In this document: positions 19,251 to 28,495 of the stretch, piece after piece
How the letters are laid out: every line of letters starts with the position of its first letter
Numbering within the stretch: position 1 is the stretch's first letter
Assembly (NCBI GenBank): GCA_029564765.1
Contig: JAKQPK010000050.1
Coordinates: 146,977-210,976, forward strand
Length of the DNA stretch: 64,000 bases
Reading direction: 5' to 3'
DNA from: Candidatus Omnitrophota bacterium
Lineage (GTDB): Bacteria; Omnitrophota; Gorgyraeia; Zapsychrales; Aceulaceae
Program-made: the position numbers and the translations under genes
Notes under the pieces: model-generated
Databases searched by the model: none
What the model was told of the DNA's origin: nothing
What the model saw: the letters and a program-made list of their open reading frames with translations, nothing else

Positions 19251-21352
19251 GTTTCCTGCTTTTTCTCGATTAAGCTCTCGATCTCCTGCAAAACCGCCTG
19301 AGGGGAGATGTTGGCCATACACACATGTGTCTTGATCGGACAATGTCCTTGATAGCACGGCGCGCAATGAGGCTTTAATGCAATGACCTTATATTTTTCC
19401 GCTGGAGGCAAATGACGAAAAGGATCCGTCGGACCGAAAAGAGCAACGAACGGCGTGCTCACCGCCGCGGCAAGATGCATAGGCGCGGAATCTGAAACAA
19501 CAAAGGCGGAGCATTGCTGAATAAGCGAAGCCATTTGCAGAACTGTTGTCTTTCCTGTAAGGTCAATAGGTTTTGCCTTGGTAAGTTTTACAACCGCTTG
19601 GGCGGCCGGCTGGTCGCTTTTTAGCCCAGTCAAGACAACGCGAATATTTTTCGCCGCCAAAAGATCACAAAGCTTCGCAATATGCTCCTTTGGCCAATTC
19701 TTGCTTGGCCAACGGGTTGAGGCGGCAATATTGATACCAACGACCGCCACCCCTTTTGCAAGCCAATAACTTTCTAAAAGTTCTCGAATATAGCGGTAAT
19801 CCTGAGACGAAGGCCAGACCTCCAGTTTAACATCTTCTTTCATGCTTATCCCGACCTTTTTTAGGACACGGAACTGATGCGGGACAGCTGGCAAGATCCC
19901 CTGATCATCTTTAATGCCTCGCGACAATAAAAATCCCCATTTCTTATTTTTATAGCCATAACGCTCAGGACAAAAACTCAAAAATGCTAACAAGTGACTT
20001 TTTCGATTATTCTGAAGATCGATCACCTTATCAAAATGATGTTTGCGCAGCGTGCGTCCAAGTCGCCAAAGACCAAGCCTTCCGTGATGCTTTCCTTTCG
20101 GATCACAGACAAGAACCTCATCCACGTAAGGGCATCTTTGCAAGAGCTCCCTGATAGATGATCCCACCAAACAAGAGATCCTCGCAAAAGGAAATTTTTC
20201 TCTTAACGCTTTCAATGATGGAGTGATCAATAACGCGTCTCCGATCGCGCTCAGCTTGATCACTAAAAGATGAACTGTTTGCAATAACTCCTGATAAACA
20301 GCCAGCGTTTGACTTGCCATGCGGTCTAAAGTGTACTCTTCTAAAAGCTTCTTTTTAGCATTAGCAACGATCGCTTTTGACAACGAAGCATCATTGAGGA
20401 TCCTAAGAATAGCCTGGGCCATCTCATCTGGCTGTCTAGGGGCTACCAAAAATCCAGTCTCCCCTTCCTCGATGATATCGACGACTCCGCCCACGCGCGT
20501 GGCGACGACGGGAACACCCGCCGCTTGCGCTTCTAAAATGACACGGCCAAATGACTCTTGCGTTACCGTTGATAGAACAAGAACGTCTACCCTTGAAAGG
20601 AGCTGAGGAATATCTTTGCGGTTACCCAGAAATTCAACGCAATTCACAAGCCCCAGCTGCTTCGTCAAGCTCAACAAGCCTTCCTTGTAAGACTCTTTTT
20701 CTGATGGAGCATCACCGATAACCCAAGCTTTCACGTATGGCATCTGTCGAACAACACGAGCCATCGCTCTTAAAAAATATTCATGCCCTTTCAAGGGGGT
20801 AATACGTCCAACGATCGCAATGACCGGATGACGCTTTGGATCTTCGTCTCTGGGAATATTGAATTTGCGCACATCAACGCTGCGTGGGATGCAGCGAATA
20901 CTTTCAAGTGGAACACCAAAATCTTCAACCATGTGATGGCCGATAACCCGACTGGGAACGATGATCAGCTTGGCCCATCCCATCACAACACTAAAAAAAT
21001 GCTTAGAATAATACCCATGACATGTCGTAATGAATGGGACCCCTGTTTTGCGGCAGGCAAAATATGCCACCCAGGCTGGCACGCGTGAACGCGCATGAAC
21101 AATATCAACTTTTTCTTGGATGATGATCCTCTGAAGTTTTTTTATGGACCAAAACATGGTCAAAAGATTTTTCTGATGGACTGGCAATGTATAATGCTTA
21201 GCGCCAGCACTTTTTAACTCTGGAACAAGGGCTCCGCCATGGGACACCACAACGGCCTCATGGCCATGTTCCGTCAAATAGCGCGCAAGGTCAATAGTGC
21301 CTGTTTCAACACCGCCCACATTAAGTTCAGGAAGGATCTGTAAAATTTTCAT
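19247..21352 (-). CDS. GT4 (LpsB-like) + GT9 heptosyltransferase fusion
   Basis: N-half: LPELNVGGVE, HARSRVPAW, ESFGRVILEA. C-half: IKLSAIGD, KNWP, SDSAPMH, 4-Cys tail. Confidence 0.88.
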   Translation of the reverse strand: MKILQILPELNVGGVETGTIDLARYLTEHGHEAVVVSHGGALVPELKSAGAKHYTLPVHQKNLLTMFWSIKKLQRIIIQEKVDIVHARSRVPAWVAYFACRKTGVPFITTCHGYYSKHFFSVVMGWAKLIIVPSRVIGHHMVEDFGVPLESIRCIPRSVDVRKFNIPRDEDPKRHPVIAIVGRITPLKGHEYFLRAMARVVRQMPYVKAWVIGDAPSEKESYKEGLLSLTKQLGLVNCVEFLGNRKDIPQLLSRVDVLVLSTVTQESFGRVILEAQAAGVPVVATRVGGVVDIIEEGETGFLVAPRQPDEMAQAILRILNDASLSKAIVANAKKKLLEEYTLDRMASQTLAVYQELLQTVHLLVIKLSAIGDALLITPSLKALREKFPFARISCLVGSSIRELLQRCPYVDEVLVCDPKGKHHGRLGLWRLGRTLRKHHFDKVIDLQNNRKSHLLAFLSFCPERYGYKNKKWGFLLSRGIKDDQGILPAVPHQFRVLKKVGISMKEDVKLEVWPSSQDYRYIRELLESYWLAKGVAVVGINIAASTRWPSKNWPKEHIAKLCDLLAAKNIRVVLTGLKSDQPAAQAVVKLTKAKPIDLTGKTTVLQMASLIQQCSAFVVSDSAPMHLAAAVSTPFVALFGPTDPFRHLPPAEKYKVIALKPHCAPCYQGHCPIKTHVCMANISPQAVLQEIESLIEKKQET

Positions 21353-23295
21353 ATGATCTCTTGAGCAACTTTAAATATGTCCTCTTGCTGGTCCACTGGC
21401 TTAGTCACAAGACCTTCTTTTGCAACACGACAAACAAAATGCCCGATATCCTTGGCCTCAGAGACAAGAATATGCCCTTGAACGCTTAGCTTTTCAACGA
21501 AGACATCATGCTTACATGTGCCAAGGACACGCTTTTCTGGTTTGAAAACAATAACTTTTTTCCCGGAACTGATAGCCTCAGAAACCATTGAAATGCTATC
21601 AGAAGAAACAACTAAGATATCCGACAACCCTAAAATCCCACCTACGGCCTCAACGATGTTGTGGTGATTCGGCATAACAGAAAAGATACAACGATCAAAT
21701 CCGCGCAACGCCTCGCGGATCGTATCATCTGTTTCTCGCGATGTGCGTCGGGATGTCGTCAGCAACATCTGCCCATCCAGAGATTCAACAGCTTCTTTCA
21801 GCTGATCCATGACCATTTTTGCTAATGATGCTGGGATCGCATGGTGCTTTGATTCCCCTCCCCAAAGAACACCGACCCTTATGCCTTTGAGATGTCGCAA
21901 CGCTGGAAATTTCATCATCAACTGATCGCTCTGCGACTGAATATATTCTTGCGTGATCAAATTCGGAGCGACCTTTGTGTAAAGGACGTTCTTTTGACGC
22001 GCATAAAAAACACTTCGGTCGTGCTCAGGCAAAACAACAAGGTCAAAACGATCAAGGTCAAGGATCCCAGGCTTCTGGATAGCAATACTTTTTGCGCGAT
22101 AATCCTGTGATAAAAAATAATTTACGCCTGCCGTGGACGCCCCGCAGGAAACAACAAAATCTCCTTTGACGCTCATAACCTCTAAGAAGGATTTTCTTTG
22201 CAAGAACCATTTTAGATAGCGAAGACGCCCTTGAGACACTCGGCGATGGCTTGCGAAACTGACCCCAGAAAATACTCTTTCTCGCGCCTTACTCTTAAAT
22301 TCAATATCAATGATCTCCAGGCGGGACTGGATCGCTCGCTGAGCCAGCGCCCTTTGGATCTGGCCCGCAACAGCCAAAGATTGATGCAGGTGGCCTAGCT
22401 TACGGTCATTAAGAACAACGATCGTAGACTCTTTAGAGTATTTCCAGATCTTATAAAACCACATATACTCAGAGGGATGCTGTTTGATATTCTCTTCCAT
22501 TAGGCGAACGATCCCGGACAAACCCTGCTGAAGCCCCCCCTCCGCATCCCGAGACTTGACAAGCTCCAGCTGAGGCTTAATAACAAGTCGATGGTAGCCT
22601 TTTTCACGGATCAAGACACAAAAACAAACCGCGACATCCAACTTAAGCGCCATCCTGACGGCACCCGTCGACATAGATGCGTCACGGCCAAAAAACTTCA
22701 CCAGATTCCCGGTCTTGCCTCCTTGATCAACGACCATACCAACCATCTCATTGTCCTTCAATGTCTGAACGAACGCGCGCGTGCTAACGCCAGGATTAAG
22801 AAGGCCAGCGCCGGCTTTCTGCCGATAAGAATTAAGGAGATCATCAAGGCGAGAATAGCGCTTTTGAGGGTTCACAAGGACTTTATACGGATGGTGAAAA
22901 AGCTGAGGAATAAAATTGCACAGCTCCCAGCTGCCGAAATGCATGGCCAGAAAGATGAGACCTTTTCCTTGGGCCAATGCCCTCTCCACATGCTCTCGGC
23001 CTTCGACCTTGATATATGTTTGAGGATCAATAACGGGAAGACGCAATAACTCGATCAAATTCTGCCCGTAATTCTCAAATGTCCTACGTAAGATACGCTT
23101 GATCTCGCTGGTCTTTTTCTCGCGCGCGAAAGCGATCTTCAGGTTGGCATAAGCCAATGACCGGTGACGATGATCGAAAAGATATCCTAAAAGACCGATC
23201 ATGCGCCCCAGCCACAAGGCAACCGTTAACGGCAAACGCTGCACAATCGCCGCGAAAATCTTAACACAATAAAACAGAATCGATTCTGCGCTCAA
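21349..23295 (-). CDS. Lipid A late acyltransferase (LpxL/HtrB family) fused to an ELM1/GtrOC1-family putative glycosyltransferase
   Basis: N-half: NLKIAF, HFGSWE, VDQ, YMWFYKIWK. C-half: LNDRKLGHLHQS, TTSRRT, DSISMVSEAISSGKKV. Confidence 0.82.
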   Translation of the reverse strand: MSAESILFYCVKIFAAIVQRLPLTVALWLGRMIGLLGYLFDHRHRSLAYANLKIAFAREKKTSEIKRILRRTFENYGQNLIELLRLPVIDPQTYIKVEGREHVERALAQGKGLIFLAMHFGSWELCNFIPQLFHHPYKVLVNPQKRYSRLDDLLNSYRQKAGAGLLNPGVSTRAFVQTLKDNEMVGMVVDQGGKTGNLVKFFGRDASMSTGAVRMALKLDVAVCFCVLIREKGYHRLVIKPQLELVKSRDAEGGLQQGLSGIVRLMEENIKQHPSEYMWFYKIWKYSKESTIVVLNDRKLGHLHQSLAVAGQIQRALAQRAIQSRLEIIDIEFKSKARERVFSGVSFASHRRVSQGRLRYLKWFLQRKSFLEVMSVKGDFVVSCGASTAGVNYFLSQDYRAKSIAIQKPGILDLDRFDLVVLPEHDRSVFYARQKNVLYTKVAPNLITQEYIQSQSDQLMMKFPALRHLKGIRVGVLWGGESKHHAIPASLAKMVMDQLKEAVESLDGQMLLTTSRRTSRETDDTIREALRGFDRCIFSVMPNHHNIVEAVGGILGLSDILVVSSDSISMVSEAISSGKKVIVFKPEKRVLGTCKHDVFVEKLSVQGHILVSEAKDIGHFVCRVAKEGLVTKPVDQQEDIFKVAQEII

Positions 23296-24322
23296 GCTCT
23301 TTTTCTCCTTTAATAATTTTCATCTCTACAGCTAATGCAAACAAATCAATATGAGGCGGGACCTTGGACAGCAACCCTTCAAGCTTAACAGCATCTTTCT
23401 GAGTCGTCACAAAGATCGTTGTCTTTTTTGGGCGGTCCCGAAGCATCATCCGTTCGATATCTTCCTTCGTGTAAACATAGTGATCGAGGAATGAAAATGT
23501 TTTCTGAATGTTTGCCTTAAGATCATAAACAGTTTTCTTAAATGCTTTAGGATTGCCGATCGCGGAGAAAAGACATACATCTTTATGCGCTAAAAAGCTT
23601 GGGTCATGGCATTGCTGCGGATCTTTAAGATTGATCAACTTGATCGGCTGGTACACGGCCTCAACAAAGATCGCGTGAAAATTATTCGCTTTGATCTGCT
23701 GATAAACACGAGAGAGATTTTCTGGAGCCAGATCAACCTTTGTCAGAACGATCACATCTGCTCGCTTGAGCGCGGTTAACGGTTCTCTCAAGAACCCACG
23801 CGGCATTAAAAAACCATTGCTGAAGGCATCCGTTGTATCAATGGTCACGACATCCAGATCCCTTTTGACTTTCCAATGTTGAAACCCATCATCAAGCAGA
23901 AAAACATTAATGTCCGGATGGTCTTGCAGGGCCTTACGACTGGACAAAACCCTGTCCTTTCCCTGTTCAACCGGGATATCATGAAGCATCTGACAATACA
24001 ACGCTACCTCATCAGAAAAATGTTTTGAGGTCATGTAGCCTCTGGTCAAGATCGCCGGGCGCCGCCCTTTTTGCTGAAGCATCTTTGCTAAAAAACCCAC
24101 CAATGGCGTTTTTCCCGTTCCTCCAAGCGTCAAATTCCCAACGCTGATCGTTGGCTTAGCAAGATAACGCTGTCTTAGGATCCCCGCTTGATAGCACAAA
24201 AGAATGCACCTCGATCCCAAAAAGTAAACATATGACAAGCCACGCAAACACCCTTTTATAAAACGAGAGATCACGTCACAACGGTCCTGAACGATCAGAC
24301 CAGAAAGATATTTTTTGATCAT
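23261..24322 (-). CDS. lpxK: Tetraacyldisaccharide 4'-kinase
   Basis: SVGNLTLGGTGKTP, TRGY, SDE, LDDGFQH, PRGFLRE, TTQKDAVK. Confidence 0.95.
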   Translation of the reverse strand: MIKKYLSGLIVQDRCDVISRFIKGCLRGLSYVYFLGSRCILLCYQAGILRQRYLAKPTISVGNLTLGGTGKTPLVGFLAKMLQQKGRRPAILTRGYMTSKHFSDEVALYCQMLHDIPVEQGKDRVLSSRKALQDHPDINVFLLDDGFQHWKVKRDLDVVTIDTTDAFSNGFLMPRGFLREPLTALKRADVIVLTKVDLAPENLSRVYQQIKANNFHAIFVEAVYQPIKLINLKDPQQCHDPSFLAHKDVCLFSAIGNPKAFKKTVYDLKANIQKTFSFLDHYVYTKEDIERMMLRDRPKKTTIFVTTQKDAVKLEGLLSKVPPHIDLFALAVEMKIIKGEKELERRIDSVLLC

Positions 24323-25584
24323 GTGGCTCCTATAAAGGCCTTTACGAAACCAAAGGTTTTCTCCGTCGCCCCTTGATGACAAGCGATCACGCTCTGGGCT
24401 TTATCGCCCAAGGCGACACGCAAGGTGGGATCCTGAATAAGTCTTGTAATAGCCGCTTTTAGCTCGCTCTCATCTTTGACCTGGATCAATGCTTGATGGT
24501 CAACGAAGATGCGGACAATATCACGGAAATTCTCTGTGAATGGGCCAACGATGATCGGCTTCGCGCAAAGCGCGGGCTCAATGATGTTTTGCCCTCCCTT
24601 GACAGTAAGACTTTTGCCGACAAAGACAATATCCGCCGATCGATAAAGGGAGCGTAATTGGCCGATCGTGTCAACAATGACAATGGTCTGTGGTGACAAT
24701 GGGGTAGCTGATAATTGAGAAAATTTAATAGCATGAAAATCCATCTTTTGACAAAGGGACATAAGGCTTTCTGCGCGCTCTGGATGGCGAGGGACCAAGA
24801 ACAATCGTAAATGAGAAAATAGCTTCCTAAGGTCTCGCAAGATCTCCAAGATAATCTTTTCTTCTCCCGGATGTGTACTGGCCGCGATCAGCGTAATGAT
24901 CTGAGCGTTGTCTTGAGGGTCCGATGTCTTTTGCTTCTGAGGAGACAATGTGTCATCAAATTTCATATTCCCAACAGCATGGACACGCCCAGCCTCAACA
25001 CCCAAAAGCATCATGCGCTGAGCATCCAGGTCTGTTTGCATACAGCAACAAGCAAGGGCCTTGATCGCGGGTGTCAACAGTCTCTGAAAACGTCGATAAC
25101 GATAAAACGCTTTATCGGACAGGCGTCCGTTGATCTGGATGACCGGGATAGACCGCCGACACAATTCCATAAAAAGATTCGGCCAGATCTCTGTTTCTGC
25201 ATTCAAAAAGATAACAGGTTGAATAATGCGTATATATTTACGCACGATAAAGCTTAGGTCTAAAGGAGCGTACACCACAGCTTCGCCTTGAGCGATCACG
25301 GAGTGAGCCACATGAAAACCTGTCCGAGTAACGGTCGAAACAACGATCTGATGCTGAGGATATTGCGCGCGCATCTTGATCAAAAACTTCTTGATCGCCA
25401 AGACCTCTCCAACGCTCACCGCATGGACCCAAATACGCTTTTTCTCGGATGCAAGGCCGAGATCGTCAGCGGTAAAGAATCCTAGACGCGTCCAAAATCC
25501 TGAATGCCATTTTCCGCGGCAAACCAAGACCGGAATATAAACGATCGCAAAGCAAATAAAAAAAATATCATAAATGACCGCCAT
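24319..25584 (-). CDS. waaA: Kdo transferase
   Basis: WVHAVSVGE, ETEIWPN, GNMKFD, ASTHPGEE, VPRHPER, GGQNIIEP. Confidence 0.96.
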   Translation of the reverse strand: MAVIYDIFFICFAIVYIPVLVCRGKWHSGFWTRLGFFTADDLGLASEKKRIWVHAVSVGEVLAIKKFLIKMRAQYPQHQIVVSTVTRTGFHVAHSVIAQGEAVVYAPLDLSFIVRKYIRIIQPVIFLNAETEIWPNLFMELCRRSIPVIQINGRLSDKAFYRYRRFQRLLTPAIKALACCCMQTDLDAQRMMLLGVEAGRVHAVGNMKFDDTLSPQKQKTSDPQDNAQIITLIAASTHPGEEKIILEILRDLRKLFSHLRLFLVPRHPERAESLMSLCQKMDFHAIKFSQLSATPLSPQTIVIVDTIGQLRSLYRSADIVFVGKSLTVKGGQNIIEPALCAKPIIVGPFTENFRDIVRIFVDHQALIQVKDESELKAAITRLIQDPTLRVALGDKAQSVIACHQGATEKTFGFVKAFIGAT

Positions 25585-25587
25585 GAA

Positions 25588-26448
25588 TCACGCCCTCGGA
25601 TGTGCTTTGTTGTAAATGGTTTTTAATTTCTCCGTGGTCATATGCGTATAGATCTGTGTTGTCGATAAATTAACATGGCCCAAAAGTTCCTGCACAGCGC
25701 GCAGATCCGCTCCCGCATTCAACAGATGCGTAGCAAAAGAATGCCGCAAAGCATGGGGCGACATCTTTGATTGAATGCTAGCTTTCTCAATATACTTATT
25801 GACGATATTGCGAATGCTGCGATCGGTCAAGCGTCGTCCATGCTGATTCAGAAAGATAGCGTCTGACTGATGTGGTCGCGTATCCAGATACTTCTTTACC
25901 AGATCGAGGGCCATGTTCCCGATAGGGATCAGCCGTTCTTTCTTACCCTTTCCGGCAACCTTCACGATATTGCTGATAAAATCAATGCTCCCCTTATTCA
26001 GCGAAACAAGTTCGCTGACACGCATACCGGTACTATAAAGCGTTTCGAGGATGGCGCGATCACGCAGACTTGCCTTCTGATCAACAGGTGGCGCTTCTAA
26101 AAGCCTTACCGTATCGGCTTCTGATAGAAAATGCGGAAGCTTCTTGTCCAGCTTAGGCGTCATTAAAAGCGCCGATGGATTCTTTTTGATAAGGCCTTCC
26201 CGAAAAAGGAACTTAAACAGGCTACGCAAGGCGGAAAGTTTCCGCGCTAGCGTGCGAGGCTTCAAATTCTTGCTGCGCAAGTTTCCCAAATAACGCCTAA
26301 GATGAAAATAATCCACCCGCTCAATAGGTGTTTCCTGCAAATAGAGAAAGAATTCTTCCAGGTCGATCTTGTAGTTGAGCAACGTATGCTTGGAGTAATT
26401 CTTTTCAATATCCAGATACGATATAAACTTTTCAACGTATCGGTTCAT
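25588..26448 (-). CDS. xerC: Tyrosine recombinase XerC/XerD family
   Basis: RDRAILE, GMRVSEL, GKGKKER, HALRHSFATH, LLGH, TQIYTH; dprA-topA-xer context. Confidence 0.88.
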   Translation of the reverse strand: MNRYVEKFISYLDIEKNYSKHTLLNYKIDLEEFFLYLQETPIERVDYFHLRRYLGNLRSKNLKPRTLARKLSALRSLFKFLFREGLIKKNPSALLMTPKLDKKLPHFLSEADTVRLLEAPPVDQKASLRDRAILETLYSTGMRVSELVSLNKGSIDFISNIVKVAGKGKKERLIPIGNMALDLVKKYLDTRPHQSDAIFLNQHGRRLTDRSIRNIVNKYIEKASIQSKMSPHALRHSFATHLLNAGADLRAVQELLGHVNLSTTQIYTHMTTEKLKTIYNKAHPRA

Positions 26449-26462
26449 AAGTGCGTGATCTG

Positions 26463-28430
26463 TTAGATAGCTTTCGGAAGCTGTCGCGCTGTATAATTAC
26501 AGTCCGGATAACGGCTGCACCCGTAAAACGTCGTTCCTCGTTTTGAACGACGCTCAACGATCTCGCCGCCGCATCCCTGCTCAGGGCATTTGACGCCGGT
26601 GGCGAACGACTGAGAATGACGACACTCAGGGAATCCTGAACAGCTGAGGAACTTTCCACGCCTGCCCCACTTGACGGCCAAGGGTCTTCCACAATCCGGG
26701 CACTGACGGTCTGTCAACATGGTCGTTTTTTCGATCGTCGCCATCGCGTAATCAAGCTCTTCTTTGAACGGTGGATAAAATTCCTGGATCAGCTTTAGAT
26801 ACTCCAGGTCTCCTTCTTCGATCAGGTCTAAATGGTCTTCCATCGTGGCAGTAAAATTCACATTCATGACTTTTGGAAAATATTCGATAAGAAGATCACA
26901 TATTTTCTGCCCTAACTCCGTTGACGACAGATATCCTTTGTCCCGAACAACATAGTTACGAAAAACAAGTGTATGAATGATCGGCGCATAGGTGCTCGGT
27001 CGTCCGATGCCTCCTTCTTCCAGAGCGCGCACCAAGGTTGCCTCTGAATAACGAGGCGGCGGTTTTGTGAAATGCTGGCTAGGATCGATCTTAACAAGCT
27101 CTAAGATATCCTCTTTCTGGAACTTCGACAGGTCGATCTGCTTTTCTTTTTCTTCACTGCCACAATCAAGGGCAAGATATCCGTCAAACTTCAGCGTTGA
27201 TGCTGAAGCGCTGAAGTTAAATTCTCCGGCTGTGATCAAAATGCGCTTTTGCAAAAAAACTGCCGGCATCATCTGACAGCTAACAAAGCGACGCCAGATC
27301 AATTCATAAATCTTATATTGATCCTCTGTTAAAAAACTTTTGATATCTTGCGGCTTGCGAAAGACATCCGAGGGACGTATCGCTTCATGCGCTTCTTGGG
27401 CGCTTTTTTTCGATTTATAAACATTAGGCGTTGCCGGCAAATATTCCGAAGAAAAAGTTTGCCCAATATAATCACGCACACGCTTCTTTGCTTCATCGGC
27501 AATATTGACGGAATCCGTACGCATATACGTGATCAAACCAACGGTTTCCCCGTCGCCCAAGTCAACACCTTCGTAAAGCTCTTGCGCGATCATCATTGTC
27601 CGTGCTGTATTGAATCCGAGCTTATTAAACGCCTCCTGCTGCAGCGTGCTCGTAATAAATGGTGGTGCCGGATTGCGACGAACTTCCTTTTCCGTCACAT
27701 CAGAAATCTGAAATGATCGCTGATGAATGCGGTCGACAAGCTCTTGGGCTTGCGCCTGAGATGTGATCTCTGGTTTTTTTTGTTCGACCTTTTCTAAAGA
27801 CGCCGTAATAACATCTGCCCCGTCTTTTCGCTTAAGATCAGCCGTGATCTCCCAATACTCCTGAGGAATAAAAGCGGCGATCTCACGGTCACGTTCCACA
27901 ATAAGGCGCAACGCCACCGACTGTACACGGCCCGCGCTTAAACCCGACCCGACCTTTTTCCACAACAAAGGACTTAAATGATAACCGACCAAACGATCTA
28001 AGACGCGACGCGCGGTCTGCGCATCGATCTTTTTTTTGTCAAATTCACGAACATTTTTAAAGGCTTTGAGAACAGCTTCCTTGGTGATCTCATGAAAAAC
28101 AACACGGTACAATTTCTTTCCTTCAGAAATTTCTTGAGCCAAATTCCAGCCGATCGCTTCCCCTTCACGGTCGGGATCCGTAGCGATATAGATCTCTTTT
28201 TTACTTTTCGCTTCTGCCTTTAATTTCTTTAACGTTTGCTGCTTGGTGCGGATAACGATCAGCTTCGGCTTAAAATCATGTTCAATGTCGATCCCTAAAG
28301 TCGACTTAGGTAGGTCAATGACGTGGCCCATCGAAGAAACAACTTTATACTGATCGCCAAGGATCTTGTTGATCGTTTTTACTTTCGCCGGAGACTCGAC
28401 GATGACCAGAGCTTTTGGGGACTTTGCCAT
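26463..28430 (-). CDS. topA: DNA topoisomerase I
   Basis: IVESPAK, ATDPDREGE, SAGRVQ, ITYMRTDS, two C-terminal Zn ribbons. Confidence 0.98.
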   Translation of the reverse strand: MAKSPKALVIVESPAKVKTINKILGDQYKVVSSMGHVIDLPKSTLGIDIEHDFKPKLIVIRTKQQTLKKLKAEAKSKKEIYIATDPDREGEAIGWNLAQEISEGKKLYRVVFHEITKEAVLKAFKNVREFDKKKIDAQTARRVLDRLVGYHLSPLLWKKVGSGLSAGRVQSVALRLIVERDREIAAFIPQEYWEITADLKRKDGADVITASLEKVEQKKPEITSQAQAQELVDRIHQRSFQISDVTEKEVRRNPAPPFITSTLQQEAFNKLGFNTARTMMIAQELYEGVDLGDGETVGLITYMRTDSVNIADEAKKRVRDYIGQTFSSEYLPATPNVYKSKKSAQEAHEAIRPSDVFRKPQDIKSFLTEDQYKIYELIWRRFVSCQMMPAVFLQKRILITAGEFNFSASASTLKFDGYLALDCGSEEKEKQIDLSKFQKEDILELVKIDPSQHFTKPPPRYSEATLVRALEEGGIGRPSTYAPIIHTLVFRNYVVRDKGYLSSTELGQKICDLLIEYFPKVMNVNFTATMEDHLDLIEEGDLEYLKLIQEFYPPFKEELDYAMATIEKTTMLTDRQCPDCGRPLAVKWGRRGKFLSCSGFPECRHSQSFATGVKCPEQGCGGEIVERRSKRGTTFYGCSRYPDCNYTARQLPKAI

Positions 28431-28467
28431 AATATTTCCTTCTTATAATATTTATATTAATATGTGT

Positions 28468-28495
28468 ATTATAAAGGATTTTTATCGTATGACAA
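28468..28495 (-). promoter_or_regulatory. Putative sigma70 promoter for topA
   Basis: TTGTCA-16 bp-TATAAT ahead of an AT-rich leader. Confidence 0.4.

Noticed and set aside
25588-26448. Tyrosine recombinase as a phage/island integrase
   Set aside because: Its size, motifs and dprA-topA-xer context match housekeeping XerC; no att repeats or cargo genes are visible
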